Assembly: GCA_963783305.1 (NCBI GenBank)
Contig: CAWAMW010000002.1
Coordinates: forward strand, 1 to 64,000
Direction: 5' to 3'
Source: an uncultured Gemmatimonadales bacterium
Lineage (GTDB): Bacteria > Gemmatimonadota > Gemmatimonadetes > Longimicrobiales > RSA9
Length of the DNA: 64,000 nt
Both the position numbers and the translations under genes were made by a program. The notes beneath the pieces are model-generated. The model made no database searches. It had not been told where the DNA came from and was given only the letters and a program-made list of their open reading frames with translations. Below are positions 12,237 through 22,135 of this stretch, piece after piece (the first letter of the stretch is position 1; every line of letters starts with the position of its first letter).

Positions 12237-13268
12237 ATGACTTTGCTCCGGAAGACCCTGCCGCTGCTGGTGCTGGCGGCGGGCGCGTGCGCCGACACGA
12301 CCCGGCCCGCCATGGGCGATGTGAACAGCATCATCGTCGTGGCCGACAGCGGATTGTGGGCGGAAGTCTCCGACACTGTCCTGACCACATTGCAGCCGAG
12401 CGTGTTCGCCGTCCGTGACGAGCCCACGTTCAACCTGACGCACACGGTCCCGAACAGCGAACACTGGGGCGACCTTCAGCGGTTCCGTCAGCTGCTCGTG
12501 ATCGGGCGATCGGAGGACCCGTGGGTCGCCCGGGTTCTGGAGGAGGCGGACACGACCGTGTCCGCGCCGGCGATCGTGGAGGCGAGCCGCGTCTGGGCCC
12601 GGAACCAGCATGTGACCGCGCTGGTGGTCCCGCAGACCGGGGCACCGGAAGCGGTGCGGAGCGCCGTGGACAGCCTGGCCTCGCTCTTCGACCGGCGCTA
12701 CCGCCAGTGGGCGCAGAGCCGCATGTATTTCAGCGGTCACAACACCGCGCTGGCCGACACGCTCCGTGAGCTGGCTGGCTTCGCTCTCGACCTGCCCGAA
12801 GTGTACCGCTGGCGGCAGTCGAGCGACTCCGTCTTCTTCTTCCTGAACGACAACCCCGACGCCTCACAGCTCGTCCGTTGGCTGACCGTCACGTGGCGCG
12901 ATACTCCGTCCACGGAGATCACCGCCGAAGCGGCCCTGGCCTGGCGCGACAGCATCGGCTCGCAGCTCTACGACTGGAGCCAGCGCACCGTGCCCGACCG
13001 CCTCCAGACGACCCCGATAGACCAGCCCGGCGCGCGAGGACTGGCGCTCCGGGGCGCCTGGACCGGCACCGTGGACGAGTTCCCGCAGGGCGGCCCGTTC
13101 ATCACCCACGTCATCGACTGCCCCAACCAGGATCGGCGTTATCTTCTGGACGCGTGGCTCTACGCCCCCGCCAAAGACAAGTACCAGTATATGATTCAGT
13201 TGGAGACGTTGTTGGAGAGTTTTGAGTGTGGCGACGGCCTGCGGCCGTCGCAGGGTGGCTCGGCCTGA
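12237..13268 (+). CDS. Lipoprotein, DUF4837-like
   Basis: Lipobox LAAGAC; VWARNQ, LRGAW...GGPF and YAPAKDKYQYMIQLE motifs. Confidence 0.75.
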   Translation: MTLLRKTLPLLVLAAGACADTTRPAMGDVNSIIVVADSGLWAEVSDTVLTTLQPSVFAVRDEPTFNLTHTVPNSEHWGDLQRFRQLLVIGRSEDPWVARVLEEADTTVSAPAIVEASRVWARNQHVTALVVPQTGAPEAVRSAVDSLASLFDRRYRQWAQSRMYFSGHNTALADTLRELAGFALDLPEVYRWRQSSDSVFFFLNDNPDASQLVRWLTVTWRDTPSTEITAEAALAWRDSIGSQLYDWSQRTVPDRLQTTPIDQPGARGLALRGAWTGTVDEFPQGGPFITHVIDCPNQDRRYLLDAWLYAPAKDKYQYMIQLETLLESFECGDGLRPSQGGSA

Positions 13269-13416
13269 CGGCCTCGCAGTATGGCTCGGCCTGACGGCCT
13301 CGCAGTATGGCTCCGGCCTGACGGCCTCGCAGTGTGGCTCGGCCTGGCGGCCTCGCAGTGTGGCTCCGGCCTGACGGCCTCGCAGTATGGCTCGGCCTGG
13401 GGACCTCGCAGGGTGC
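13235..13416 (+). repeat. Tandem array, ~7 x 26-27 bp (CGGCCTGACGGCCTCGCAGTRTGGCT)
   Basis: Units start at 13235, 13261, 13287, 13314, 13340, 13367 and 13393; first and last are degenerate; overlaps the 3' end of the upstream CDS. Confidence 0.92.
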
Positions 13417-13479
13417 TACAGCGGGGTATGCAGCCGGGCGGCGGCCGGAGCCGCCGGTGAACCGCCGAGTCACGATGTT

Positions 13480-13685
13480 CTGCGAACGAAGTGAGCCATA
13501 CTGCGAGGCAACGCCGAGCCACACTGCGAACGAAGTGAGCCATACTGCGCGGCAACGCCGAGCCACACTGCGAACGAAGTGAGCCATACTGCGAGGCAAC
13601 GCCGAGCCACACTGCGAACGAAGTGAGCCATACTGCGCGGCAACGCCGAGCCACACTGCGAACGAAGTGAGCCATACTGCGCGGC
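13480..13685 (+). repeat. Tandem array, ~4.7 x 44 bp (CTGCGAACGAAGTGAGCCATACTGCGMGGCAACGCCGAGCCACA)
   Basis: Units start at 13480, 13524, 13568, 13612 and 13656; GAGCCAYACTGCG recurs twice per 44-bp period and is the reverse complement of the left array's core. Confidence 0.92.
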
Positions 13686-13722
13686 CAATGGCCGCGCCAC
13701 CCTGACCTAAACCAACGCACGC

Positions 13723-16700
13723 ATGTCCTTCGTCCACCTCCATACCCACAGCGAGTTCTCGCTCCTCGATGGCGCCAACCGACTCGGCGACCTGATCGAG
13801 CGAGCCCAGGAATACGAGATGCCGGCCGTGGCCCTGACGGACCATGGGACCATGTACGGCGCCTGGAACTTCCGTCAGCAGGCGACGAAAGCGGGGCTCA
13901 AGCCCATCGTCGGAATGGAGGCGTACGTAGCGCCGGGGGCGCGGGGGCAGAAGTCGGTGGCGCGGGGGGAGCGGCCGTACTACCACCTGGTGCTGCTCGC
14001 GCGTGACCTGGCGGGGTACCGGAATCTGGTGCGGCTCTCGTCGATCGGGTTCCTGGAGGGGTTCTACCACAAGCCGCGGCTGGACCGTGAGGTCCTGGAG
14101 CGTCATTCCGAGGGGCTGATCGTGAGCTCGGCGTGCATGGCGGGTGAGGTGGCGCAGCACCTGCTCGAGGAGCGCTGGGACGCGGCGCGGGAGGCGGCGT
14201 CGTGGTACGCGGATGTGTTCAGAGACCGTTACTACCTGGAAGTGCAGGCCCACGACAGCGAGGGTCAGTCCACGCTGAACGAGCGGATCTTCACGCTCTC
14301 CGACGAGCTGTCGCTCCCGGTGGTGGCCACGAACGACGCGCACTTCCTGAGGCCGGAGGACCACGACGCGCACGATGTGCTGCTGTGCATCGGCCTCGGC
14401 AAGGACCGCGAGGATCAGGGCCGCATGAAGTACGACCGCGGCCTCTACTTCAAGTCGGCGCCGGAGATCGCCGAGCGGTTCCCGGACCGGCCGGACGTGC
14501 TGGAGAACACGCTGGCCATCGCGGACCAGGTGGACCTGGACCTGCCAAAGAAGTACTACGTCCCCACGTTCCCGCTTCCCGAGGGCTTCGATACGGAGCC
14601 ATCGCTGCTCCGGCACATGGCGGTGAAAGGGACGAAGAAGCATTTCGGCGATCCCATCCCGCCGGAGATCCAGGAGCGGCTCGATTACGAGCTGGGCGTG
14701 ATCACGAACCCGAAGGCCGACTACGCCGGCTACTTCCTGATCACCGCGGACTTCATCAACTGGGCGAAGGACAACGGCATCCCCGTGGGTCCCGGACGCG
14801 GCTCGGCCGCCGGCTCGCTGGTGGCGTACGCGCTCGGGATCACCGATGTGGACCCGCTCCGCTTCGACCTGCTGTTCGAGCGGTTCCTGAACCCGGACCG
14901 CGTGTCGATGCCCGATATCGACATCGACTTCTGCTACGAGAAGCGCGGCCGCGTGATCGAGTATACGCGGGAGAAGTACGGCCGCGACTCGGTGGGCCAG
15001 ATCATCACGTTCGGGACCATGAAGTCCCGGGCGGTGATCCGCGACGTGGGGCGCGTACTCGGCTTCGAGCCGTCGGAGACCGACAAGCTGGCGAAGCTGG
15101 TGCCCAACGCGCCCGGCAACAGCATGACGGTGCGGGAGGCGCGGGAGCAGATCTCGGAGCTGCGGGAGATGGCCGTGGCGGACGACCGCGTCCGGCGGCT
15201 CCTGGACTACGCCGAGACGTTGGAGGGGCTGAACCGGCACGCCAGCGTGCACGCGGCGGGCGTCGTGATCGCGCCGGGTCCGCTCCAGGAGTACGTGCCG
15301 GTATGCACGCAGTCGGGCGGCCGGGGCAGCGGCGCGAATGGCGGCGAGGACGTGATCGTGACCCAGTGGGACATGATCGCCCTCGAGCAGGCCGGGATGC
15401 TGAAGATGGATTTCCTGGGCCTGAAGACGCTCACGGTCATCCACGACGCGGCGGACGCGGTTCGCGCCCGTCACGGCGTGCTGAAGCACCCGGAGACGGG
15501 CGCGGAGTACGGGCGGATCGCCGATGTCCCGCTGGACGACCCGGGCGTGTACGAGATGCTGGCGCACGGCGGGACCAGCGGCGTGTTCCAGTTCGAGTCG
15601 TCGCTGGCCACGGACAAGCTGCGGGCCATGAGGGCGGACCGCTTCGAGGACCTGGTGGCGACGAACGCGCTGATCCGCCCGGGCCCGCTCGACAGCGGCA
15701 TGACGGACGTCTACATCAAGCGGAAGCTGGGCGAGATCCCGGTCCGTTACCCCCACGAGTCGCTGGAAGAGGTGCTGGGCCCGACGTACGGCGTGATCGT
15801 GTACCAGGAGCAGGTGATGCGGATCGCGCAGGTGCTCGCCGGCTTCACGCTGGCCGAAGCCGACGTGATGCGGAAGGCCATGGGCAAGAAGGACGCGGAG
15901 CTCATTGCCAGGGAGCTCCAGAAGTTCATCGCGCGGGCGGAGGCTCGCGGTGTGGAGCGCAGGACGGCCACGGAGATCGCGGACCAGATCGAGACGTTCG
16001 GCCGCTACGGCTTCAACCGGGCGCACTCCGTGGCCTACGCCCTCCTCTCCTACCAGACGGCCTGGCTGAAGGTCCACTACCCGGCGGAGTTCATGGCCGC
16101 GCTCCTGTCGTCGGTTGTCGACAAGACCGATGACGTGGTAAAGTATATTGCTGAATGCCGCGACATGGCGCGCCACGTCCCCGGCCACGAGTCGGGCATC
16201 GAGGTGCTCCCCCCGGACGTCAACGAGAGCGGCTGGAAGTTCACCCCCGTCTCCGACACCACCATTCGTTTCGGGATGGGCGCGTGTCGTGGCGTGGGTG
16301 AGGGGGCGGTCCGCAGCATCATGGAGGCGCGGGCGGAGGGGCCGTTCGCGTCGCTGTTCGACCTGACGGACCGCGTGGACACGCGGGCGGTCGGGAAGCG
16401 GGCGCTGGAGGCGCTGGTAGCCGCGGGCGCGTGCGACTCGTTCGGCCACCGTGCGCAGCTCATGGCGGGGCTGGAGTCGGCGGTGGGCGAGGCGCAGCTG
16501 AGGCAGGCGGACCGGGAGAGCGGACAGGGATCGCTCTTCGATGTGGCGGAGGAGGCCGCGCCGGTCCGTGAAGCGCCGAAGCTGCCGGACGTGCCCAAGT
16601 GGCCGGAGTCCGATCGGCTGGCGCGGGAGAAGGAGATCCTGGGATTCTTCATCAGCGGCCACCCGCTGGAGAAGTTCAGCGACGAGCTGCGGTTGTTCGA

Positions 16701-17265
16701 CGGGATCAACACGGCGTCGCTGTTCGAGCATCGGGATCGGAAGGTGGAGCTGCCGTGCGTGATCACGGCGGTGAGCCGGCAGATCTCGAAGCGGAACGGT
16801 CAGGAGTGGGGCCGGATCACGGTGGAGGACTTTCACGGGACGGCCTCGGTGCTGGCGTTCGGCGAGGTATGGGAGCAGAACAAGGAAGTGCTGGTCCAGG
16901 ACGCGGCGGTGCTGGTGCGCGGCCAGGTGTCGGGGCGTGACCGGGATGAGGACGATCCGCCGATCTTCCTGGACGAGGTCATCCCGCTGACGCAGCTGCG
17001 CACGGCGGGGTCCGTCGGGATCGAGCTCCGGCTGGCGCACGGTGAGAGCGTGGAGCGGATCAACGCCGCCACGCCGGTGCTGCGCCGCAGTCCGGGCGGC
17101 GCGCCGCTCTATGTCGTGCTCGCGGGCAACGGCGGGAGCGCGCGGAAGCGTCCGGTGCGGTTCCGGTCGCGCTCGCTGATGGTGACACCCACGGCGGAAC
17201 TGTTGCAGGAGCTGAGGGAGCTGTTCGGCTCGGAGAAGGTGCGGCTCGTACGAACGCAGGGGTAG
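13723..17265 (+). CDS. dnaE: DNA polymerase III alpha subunit
   Basis: PHP domain (HLHTHSEFSLLDG, LTDHG, TNDAH), GPGRGSAAGS, MPDIDIDF, KMDFLGL, YGFNRAH and C-terminal OB fold. Confidence 0.98.
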   Translation: MSFVHLHTHSEFSLLDGANRLGDLIERAQEYEMPAVALTDHGTMYGAWNFRQQATKAGLKPIVGMEAYVAPGARGQKSVARGERPYYHLVLLARDLAGYRNLVRLSSIGFLEGFYHKPRLDREVLERHSEGLIVSSACMAGEVAQHLLEERWDAAREAASWYADVFRDRYYLEVQAHDSEGQSTLNERIFTLSDELSLPVVATNDAHFLRPEDHDAHDVLLCIGLGKDREDQGRMKYDRGLYFKSAPEIAERFPDRPDVLENTLAIADQVDLDLPKKYYVPTFPLPEGFDTEPSLLRHMAVKGTKKHFGDPIPPEIQERLDYELGVITNPKADYAGYFLITADFINWAKDNGIPVGPGRGSAAGSLVAYALGITDVDPLRFDLLFERFLNPDRVSMPDIDIDFCYEKRGRVIEYTREKYGRDSVGQIITFGTMKSRAVIRDVGRVLGFEPSETDKLAKLVPNAPGNSMTVREAREQISELREMAVADDRVRRLLDYAETLEGLNRHASVHAAGVVIAPGPLQEYVPVCTQSGGRGSGANGGEDVIVTQWDMIALEQAGMLKMDFLGLKTLTVIHDAADAVRARHGVLKHPETGAEYGRIADVPLDDPGVYEMLAHGGTSGVFQFESSLATDKLRAMRADRFEDLVATNALIRPGPLDSGMTDVYIKRKLGEIPVRYPHESLEEVLGPTYGVIVYQEQVMRIAQVLAGFTLAEADVMRKAMGKKDAELIARELQKFIARAEARGVERRTATEIADQIETFGRYGFNRAHSVAYALLSYQTAWLKVHYPAEFMAALLSSVVDKTDDVVKYIAECRDMARHVPGHESGIEVLPPDVNESGWKFTPVSDTTIRFGMGACRGVGEGAVRSIMEARAEGPFASLFDLTDRVDTRAVGKRALEALVAAGACDSFGHRAQLMAGLESAVGEAQLRQADRESGQGSLFDVAEEAAPVREAPKLPDVPKWPESDRLAREKEILGFFISGHPLEKFSDELRLFDGINTASLFEHRDRKVELPCVITAVSRQISKRNGQEWGRITVEDFHGTASVLAFGEVWEQNKEVLVQDAAVLVRGQVSGRDRDEDDPPIFLDEVIPLTQLRTAGSVGIELRLAHGESVERINAATPVLRRSPGGAPLYVVLAGNGGSARKRPVRFRSRSLMVTPTAELLQELRELFGSEKVRLVRTQG

Positions 17266-17268
17266 AGA

Positions 17269-18348
17269 ATGGAAACGTCACATCTGGGCATCGACCGGAA
17301 CATCCGGGAGCTGGAGGAGCAGATCGATCGGCTTCAGGCCATGTCCCGCGATCGCGGGCTGGACGCCGCGGGTGAGCTGGCCACGCTCGAGTCGAAGCTC
17401 GAGGACATGCGGAAGAACGCGTACCAGTCCCTGTCGCCCATCGAGAAGGTGCAGTTGGCGCGGCACCCGCAGCGTCCATTCACCATCGACTACCTGGAGC
17501 GGGTCTTCGACGACTTCATGGAGCTCCACGGCGACCGCGCGTACCGTGATGATGAGTCGATCGTGGGCGGCTGGGCGCGCCTGAACGGCCGGAGCGTGAT
17601 GGTCATCGGCCATCAGCGGGGCCGGGACATGAAGGAGAACCTCCGGCGAAACTTCGGCATGCCGCACCCGGAGGGGTACCGGAAGGCGCTCCGGCTCATG
17701 CAGCAGGCCGAGAAGTTCGGTCGGCCGCTGATCACACTCATCGACACCCCCGGCGCGTATCCGGGGATGGGCGCCGAGGAGCGGGGCCAGGCCGAGGCCA
17801 TAGCGAGGAACCTGCGTGAGATGGCGGCACTCAGGGTGCCCAGCGTCTCCGTAGTCATTGGCGAGGGCGGGAGCGGCGGCGCGCTGGCGCTGGGTGTCAC
17901 CGACCGTATCCTCATGCTCGAGAACGCCATCTACAGCGTGATCACCGCCGAGGGCTGCGCGGCCATCCTGTGGAAAACCGCGGACGCAAAGGACAAGGCG
18001 GCGGCCGCGCTGAAGATCACCGCTACGGACCTGATGGCGCTCGGCGTGGTCGACGAGGTCGTCCGGGAGCCTTCCGGCGGGGCCCACGCCGACTGGGACG
18101 CCGCGGCCGACGCACTGAAGGAGGTGCTGACGCGGCACGTGGACGAACTGGTACGGCTGGACGTGGGCGCGCTCCGCGCGAGCCGCTGGGCGAAGTACTC
18201 GGGGATGGGCGAATGGAAGGAGCCGGGCGCGAAGGAGCCGGCCGTGAAGGCCCGGGCGAAGGCCGGCGCGAAGGTGGCGGCGAAGGCCGGGGCTGAGCCC
18301 GCACCGGAGTCTCCGGCGGAATCCGGCCCCGGGCCGCAGGGTTCGTAG
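17269..18348 (+). CDS. accA: Acetyl-CoA carboxylase carboxyltransferase alpha subunit
   Basis: ARHPQRP, ELHGDR, RNFGMPHPEGYRKALR, DTPGAYPG, GEGGSGGALA; Ala/Lys/Pro-rich tail. Confidence 0.97.
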   Translation: METSHLGIDRNIRELEEQIDRLQAMSRDRGLDAAGELATLESKLEDMRKNAYQSLSPIEKVQLARHPQRPFTIDYLERVFDDFMELHGDRAYRDDESIVGGWARLNGRSVMVIGHQRGRDMKENLRRNFGMPHPEGYRKALRLMQQAEKFGRPLITLIDTPGAYPGMGAEERGQAEAIARNLREMAALRVPSVSVVIGEGGSGGALALGVTDRILMLENAIYSVITAEGCAAILWKTADAKDKAAAALKITATDLMALGVVDEVVREPSGGAHADWDAAADALKEVLTRHVDELVRLDVGALRASRWAKYSGMGEWKEPGAKEPAVKARAKAGAKVAAKAGAEPAPESPAESGPGPQGS

Positions 18349-18356
18349 GAGCCGGC

Positions 18357-19256
18357 ATGCAGATCGTGGAAGTGAGCTTCAAGGGCAACCGCAGGGACTA
18401 TTTCGCCGCGGATGGCGATGTGGCCGCGGTGGACGCCCACGTGATCGTCGAGGCCGACCGCGGCGAGGACCTGGGCCGGGTGACGGCGGCTGGGGCGGTG
18501 GCGGAGCGGAAGTGCACCGGCTGCTCCACCGGGTGCGCCGCACCGGCGCCCGCGCAGCGCGTGCTCCGAGCGGCGCGCGAGGAAGAAGTAGAGCGATCCG
18601 TGGTTCTGCGCGCGGACGAGCCGCGGGTCCGGCGGGTGGTGCGGGAGAAGGTGGAGAAGCACAAGCTGAAGATGAAGGTGAGCGAGGCCGAGTGGCAGTT
18701 CGACCGGAACAAGCTCACCGTCTACTTCACCGCCGAGCGGCGCGTGGACTTCCGGGAGCTGGTGAAGGACCTGGCTCGTACGTTCCGGACGCGGATCGAG
18801 CTCAAGCAGATCGGCGTGCGTGACGAGGCGGCTCTGCTGGGCGGTGTGGGGCGGTGCGGCCGTGAGCTGTGCTGCTCCACCTGGCTGCGGGAGCTCAAGC
18901 CCGTCAGCTTGCAGCTGGCGAAGGATCAGCGGCTGTCGCTGAACCCGGCGCAGATCTCGGGCTGCTGCGGTCGCCTGATGTGCTGCCTCACGTACGAGCA
19001 CTCGGCGTACGTGGAGGCGCGCAAGCGGTTCCCGCGCGAAGGGAAGTGGCTGAACACGGCCCGGGGCCGTGAGCGCGTGATCGCGGTGGACATCTGGCGC
19101 GAGCGCGTCACGCTGAAGGACGAGGCCGGTGACCGGCGGACGCTGGAGATGGCCGATCTGAAGCGCGAGGTGGAGAGCGAGTCGCCGCTGGGGCCACGCC
19201 AGGAGCGCGGTCACAGGGATGAGGACGGACCGAACGAATCGGACGGAGATACGTGA
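18357..19256 (+). CDS. ricT: RicT/YaaT (PSP1 domain) Fe-S regulatory protein
   Basis: YFTAERRVDFRELVKDLA, RIELKQIGVRDEA, GRCGRELCCSTWL, ISGCCGRLMCCLTYE. Confidence 0.93.
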   Translation: MQIVEVSFKGNRRDYFAADGDVAAVDAHVIVEADRGEDLGRVTAAGAVAERKCTGCSTGCAAPAPAQRVLRAAREEEVERSVVLRADEPRVRRVVREKVEKHKLKMKVSEAEWQFDRNKLTVYFTAERRVDFRELVKDLARTFRTRIELKQIGVRDEAALLGGVGRCGRELCCSTWLRELKPVSLQLAKDQRLSLNPAQISGCCGRLMCCLTYEHSAYVEARKRFPREGKWLNTARGRERVIAVDIWRERVTLKDEAGDRRTLEMADLKREVESESPLGPRQERGHRDEDGPNESDGDT

Positions 19257-20824
19257 ACCCGAAGCGTCACCGCTACATAACGACGGCCATCGACTATGCC
19301 AACGGCGCGCCTCACATGGGACACGCGCTGGAGAAGATCGGGGCGGACGTGATGGCCCGCTACCGCCGTCTGAAGGGAGAGGCGGTCCACTTCGTGGTTG
19401 GGATGGACGAGCACGGCCAGAAGGTGCTCCAGACCGCCGAGGAGCGCGGCATCAGCCCCAAGGAGTGGGTGGACGAGCTGGCGGAGGCTTTTTCGGACGC
19501 GTGGAGGCGACTGCAGGTCAGCTACGACGACTTCATTCGCACGACTGAATCACGTCATCATCGAGCGGCGCAGGAGCTGGTCCGCCGCATCGGCGAGGCC
19601 GATGACCTCTACACGGACGTCTACGCCGGCTACTACTGCGTCGGGTGCGAGGCGTACAAGACGGAGGACGAGCTGGTCGCCCGGCACGGGGGGTCGGAGC
19701 AGGTGGCGGCGGCGGATTCCAGCGCGGTGCGGGCGGCCGGCCTGGAGTGCCCGCTGCACCCGGGTCGCCCGGTGGACTGGATGGAAGAGGAAAACTGGTT
19801 CTTCCGACTCTCGAAGTACCAGGACCGGCTGCTGGACCTGCTGGAGGAGCGGCCGGAGTTCGTGCTCCCCGAGAGCCGCCGCAACGAGATCCGCCGCGTG
19901 ATCGAGGGCGGCCTGGAGGACATCTCCGTGTCACGCGCCCGACTGCCGTGGGGGGTTCCCTGGCCGAACGACCCGGAGCACGTGATCTACGTGTGGCTGG
20001 ACGCCCTCAGCAACTACCTGGCGGCGGTGGGGTTCCCCGGCGACGAGTACCACGAGTTCTGGCCGGCGGACTTCCACGTCATCGGCAAGGACATCACCCG
20101 CTTCCACTGCATCTACTGGCCGGCGTTCCTGATGAGCGCCGGGCTGGCCCTGCCGCGCACCGTCTGGGCCCACGGGTTCATCAATTTCGGCGGTGGGAAG
20201 ATGTCGAAGTCGGCCGGCGTGACGGTCCGGCTGGACGACGCCATCGACCGGCACGGCTCCGACGCGCTCCGCTATTACCTGCTGCGCGAGATCCCGTGGA
20301 ACGGGGATGGCGACTTCTCCTGGGAGCGCTTCGACGACATCTACACCGCCGAGCTGGCGAACGACCTCGGCAACCTCGCCAGCCGCAGCCTGTCCATGAT
20401 CGAGCGGTACCGGGATGGCGCCGTCCCCGCCGGCGAACGCACCTCCCTGGACGGACGCGTGCCCGACACGCTGGTGCGCTACCGCGCCGCCATGGACAAG
20501 AACCTGCTCCACCAGGGGATCGCCGCCGCCATGGAGCTGGCCGGCGCCGCCAACTCCTTCATCGAAGAGCGGGCGCCCTGGGCACAGGCCAAGGACCCCG
20601 AGGCGGCTTCCGACCTCGACGCCACACTCGCCTCCCTCGCCCGCGTCCTCGCCGCCCTCTCCACCATGCTCGCCCCGTTCATGCCCGAGAAGATGGACCG
20701 GCTGGCTGGCGACCTGGGCCTCGACGCCATCCCACGGCTCGACGCCGTGGCCGCCCTCGACCTGAACGGACGGACCGCCCGGAAGGGCGAGGTGCTGTTC
20801 CCGCGCGCGGACCGAAATAAGTGA
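19253..20824 (+). CDS. metG: Methionine--tRNA ligase (short form, no C-terminal tRNA-binding domain)
   Basis: YITTAIDYANGAPHMGH (HIGH), YVWLDAL, IGKDITRFH, KMSKS. Confidence 0.97.
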   Translation: MNPKRHRYITTAIDYANGAPHMGHALEKIGADVMARYRRLKGEAVHFVVGMDEHGQKVLQTAEERGISPKEWVDELAEAFSDAWRRLQVSYDDFIRTTESRHHRAAQELVRRIGEADDLYTDVYAGYYCVGCEAYKTEDELVARHGGSEQVAAADSSAVRAAGLECPLHPGRPVDWMEEENWFFRLSKYQDRLLDLLEERPEFVLPESRRNEIRRVIEGGLEDISVSRARLPWGVPWPNDPEHVIYVWLDALSNYLAAVGFPGDEYHEFWPADFHVIGKDITRFHCIYWPAFLMSAGLALPRTVWAHGFINFGGGKMSKSAGVTVRLDDAIDRHGSDALRYYLLREIPWNGDGDFSWERFDDIYTAELANDLGNLASRSLSMIERYRDGAVPAGERTSLDGRVPDTLVRYRAAMDKNLLHQGIAAAMELAGAANSFIEERAPWAQAKDPEAASDLDATLASLARVLAALSTMLAPFMPEKMDRLAGDLGLDAIPRLDAVAALDLNGRTARKGEVLFPRADRNK

Positions 20825-20977
20825 CCGAACCCGGTACTAACTTCTCGTTCCGGGGCGACGCCGGATTCTCGTTTTCTGCGCTCGCCCGGCGGGAACCTGC
20901 ACGGCGACAGCGGCTTCAGCGGCGTCCTGGAACGCCGGGAACACCCTTTGCCCGTTCACCGGGCCGGCCAGCGCGGC

Positions 20978-21007
20978 TTGACGGTTGGTGAAACCGACCT
21001 GTATGCT
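20978..21007 (+). promoter_or_regulatory. sigma70-type promoter upstream of M23 peptidase
   Basis: TTGACG (20978-20983), 18-bp spacer, TATGCT (21002-21007); spacer holds an imperfect inverted repeat GGTTGGT-GAA-ACCGACC. Confidence 0.5.
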
Positions 21008-21066
21008 TGCCGCTCAATGCGCAGCCCGATCGGCTGACGCCTTCCTCCGACGAACCGAATAGAGAC

Positions 21067-22008
21067 ATGGCACGACGCCATTGGACGCTCATGGTCGTTC
21101 CGGATGACCATTCGGTAGTCAAGCAGTACAGACTCTCGAGCCGGATGGTCAGGCTCGGGGCCGCGATCGCGGCCCTGGTGCTCCTCATCCTGTCCGGCTT
21201 CTCCACCGCCTACTTCGTGGCGGACGCCGAGCAGACGGAATCGGGCCGGCTGGAGCGGGCGAACGCGCTGCTGGTCCGTGAGATCGAGGAAGTGCGCTCG
21301 GAGGTGGCGACGCTGGAAGGAGCGCTGGACGAGCTGTCCTCGAAGGATGAGCGGTACCGTCTGCTGGCGAACCTGGAGCCGCTGGACGAGGATGTGAAGC
21401 TGGCGGGTGTGGGGGGGCCGGGCGCGCGCACCCTGGAGAGCGACCCGCTGTGGCAGGTGGACCGGCCACTGGCGGTGCTGGCTTTCGATACGGACCAGGA
21501 GCTTGAGGGTCTGATTCGGCGCGCGCAGCTGCTCTCATCGAGCTGGGACGAGGTCACTGGCGCCATGAAGGACCAGATCGACCTCTGGGAGCGGACCCCT
21601 TCGATCCTGCCCACGTCCGGCTACAAGAGCAGTGGCTTCTCGCCGAACCGGATGCACCCGATCCTGAACGTGCGGCGGCCGCACAAGGGGATCGACCTGG
21701 TCGCGCGGCGCGGCACGGCGGTGGTCGCGGCGGCCAAGGGCAGGGTGACGTACGCGGGCAACACGGGCGGTGATTACGGCTACATGGTGGATATCGACCA
21801 TGGCCACGGTGTGATCACCCGCTACGCGCACCTGGCGCGTGGCAGTGTCGTGGCGCGCGTGGGGCAGCAGGTGGATCGCTGGGAGAAGATCGCCGAGGTG
21901 GGGAAAACGGGGCTGGTGACGGCACCGAGCGTCCATTACGAAGTGATCGTGAACGGCCGGGCGCGCGACCCGGACAAGTACGTGCTGGCGGACGTGCTGC
22001 AGTTCTGA
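21067..22008 (+). CDS. M23 family metallopeptidase (murein endopeptidase)
   Basis: N-terminal TM and coiled coil; HKGIDL, YGYMVDIDHG, TRYAHL, VHYEV motifs; the HxH motif reads SVH, so catalytic activity is uncertain. Confidence 0.88.
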   Translation: MARRHWTLMVVPDDHSVVKQYRLSSRMVRLGAAIAALVLLILSGFSTAYFVADAEQTESGRLERANALLVREIEEVRSEVATLEGALDELSSKDERYRLLANLEPLDEDVKLAGVGGPGARTLESDPLWQVDRPLAVLAFDTDQELEGLIRRAQLLSSSWDEVTGAMKDQIDLWERTPSILPTSGYKSSGFSPNRMHPILNVRRPHKGIDLVARRGTAVVAAAKGRVTYAGNTGGDYGYMVDIDHGHGVITRYAHLARGSVVARVGQQVDRWEKIAEVGKTGLVTAPSVHYEVIVNGRARDPDKYVLADVLQF

Positions 22009-22135
22009 TCGCCGCCCACAGATCGAAGGCGCACGGCCCCGGGAGGTGACCCTCTCCGGGGCTCTCTCTTGATACCACCCCGCCGTGTTCATACTTTGTC
22101 AGCCTTCCTAGGTTCACCTTTCCGAGAGAATACAC

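Noticed and set aside
13235..13685. CRISPR array
   Set aside because: Intervening sequences are identical or alternating rather than unique spacers; no cas genes or leader in the window.
13196..13720. Repeat-protein ORFs over the tandem arrays
   Set aside because: The 44-bp and 26-bp units are not multiples of 3 and translations cycle through frames; open by chance in stop-poor repeats.
13111..17040. 1309-aa minus-strand ORF
   Set aside because: Antisense shadow of dnaE caused by high GC3 bias; no recognisable motifs.
13723..17265. Intein in DnaE (also checked GyrA)
   Set aside because: Both proteins are of normal length with contiguous conserved motifs and no intein-like C...HN segments.
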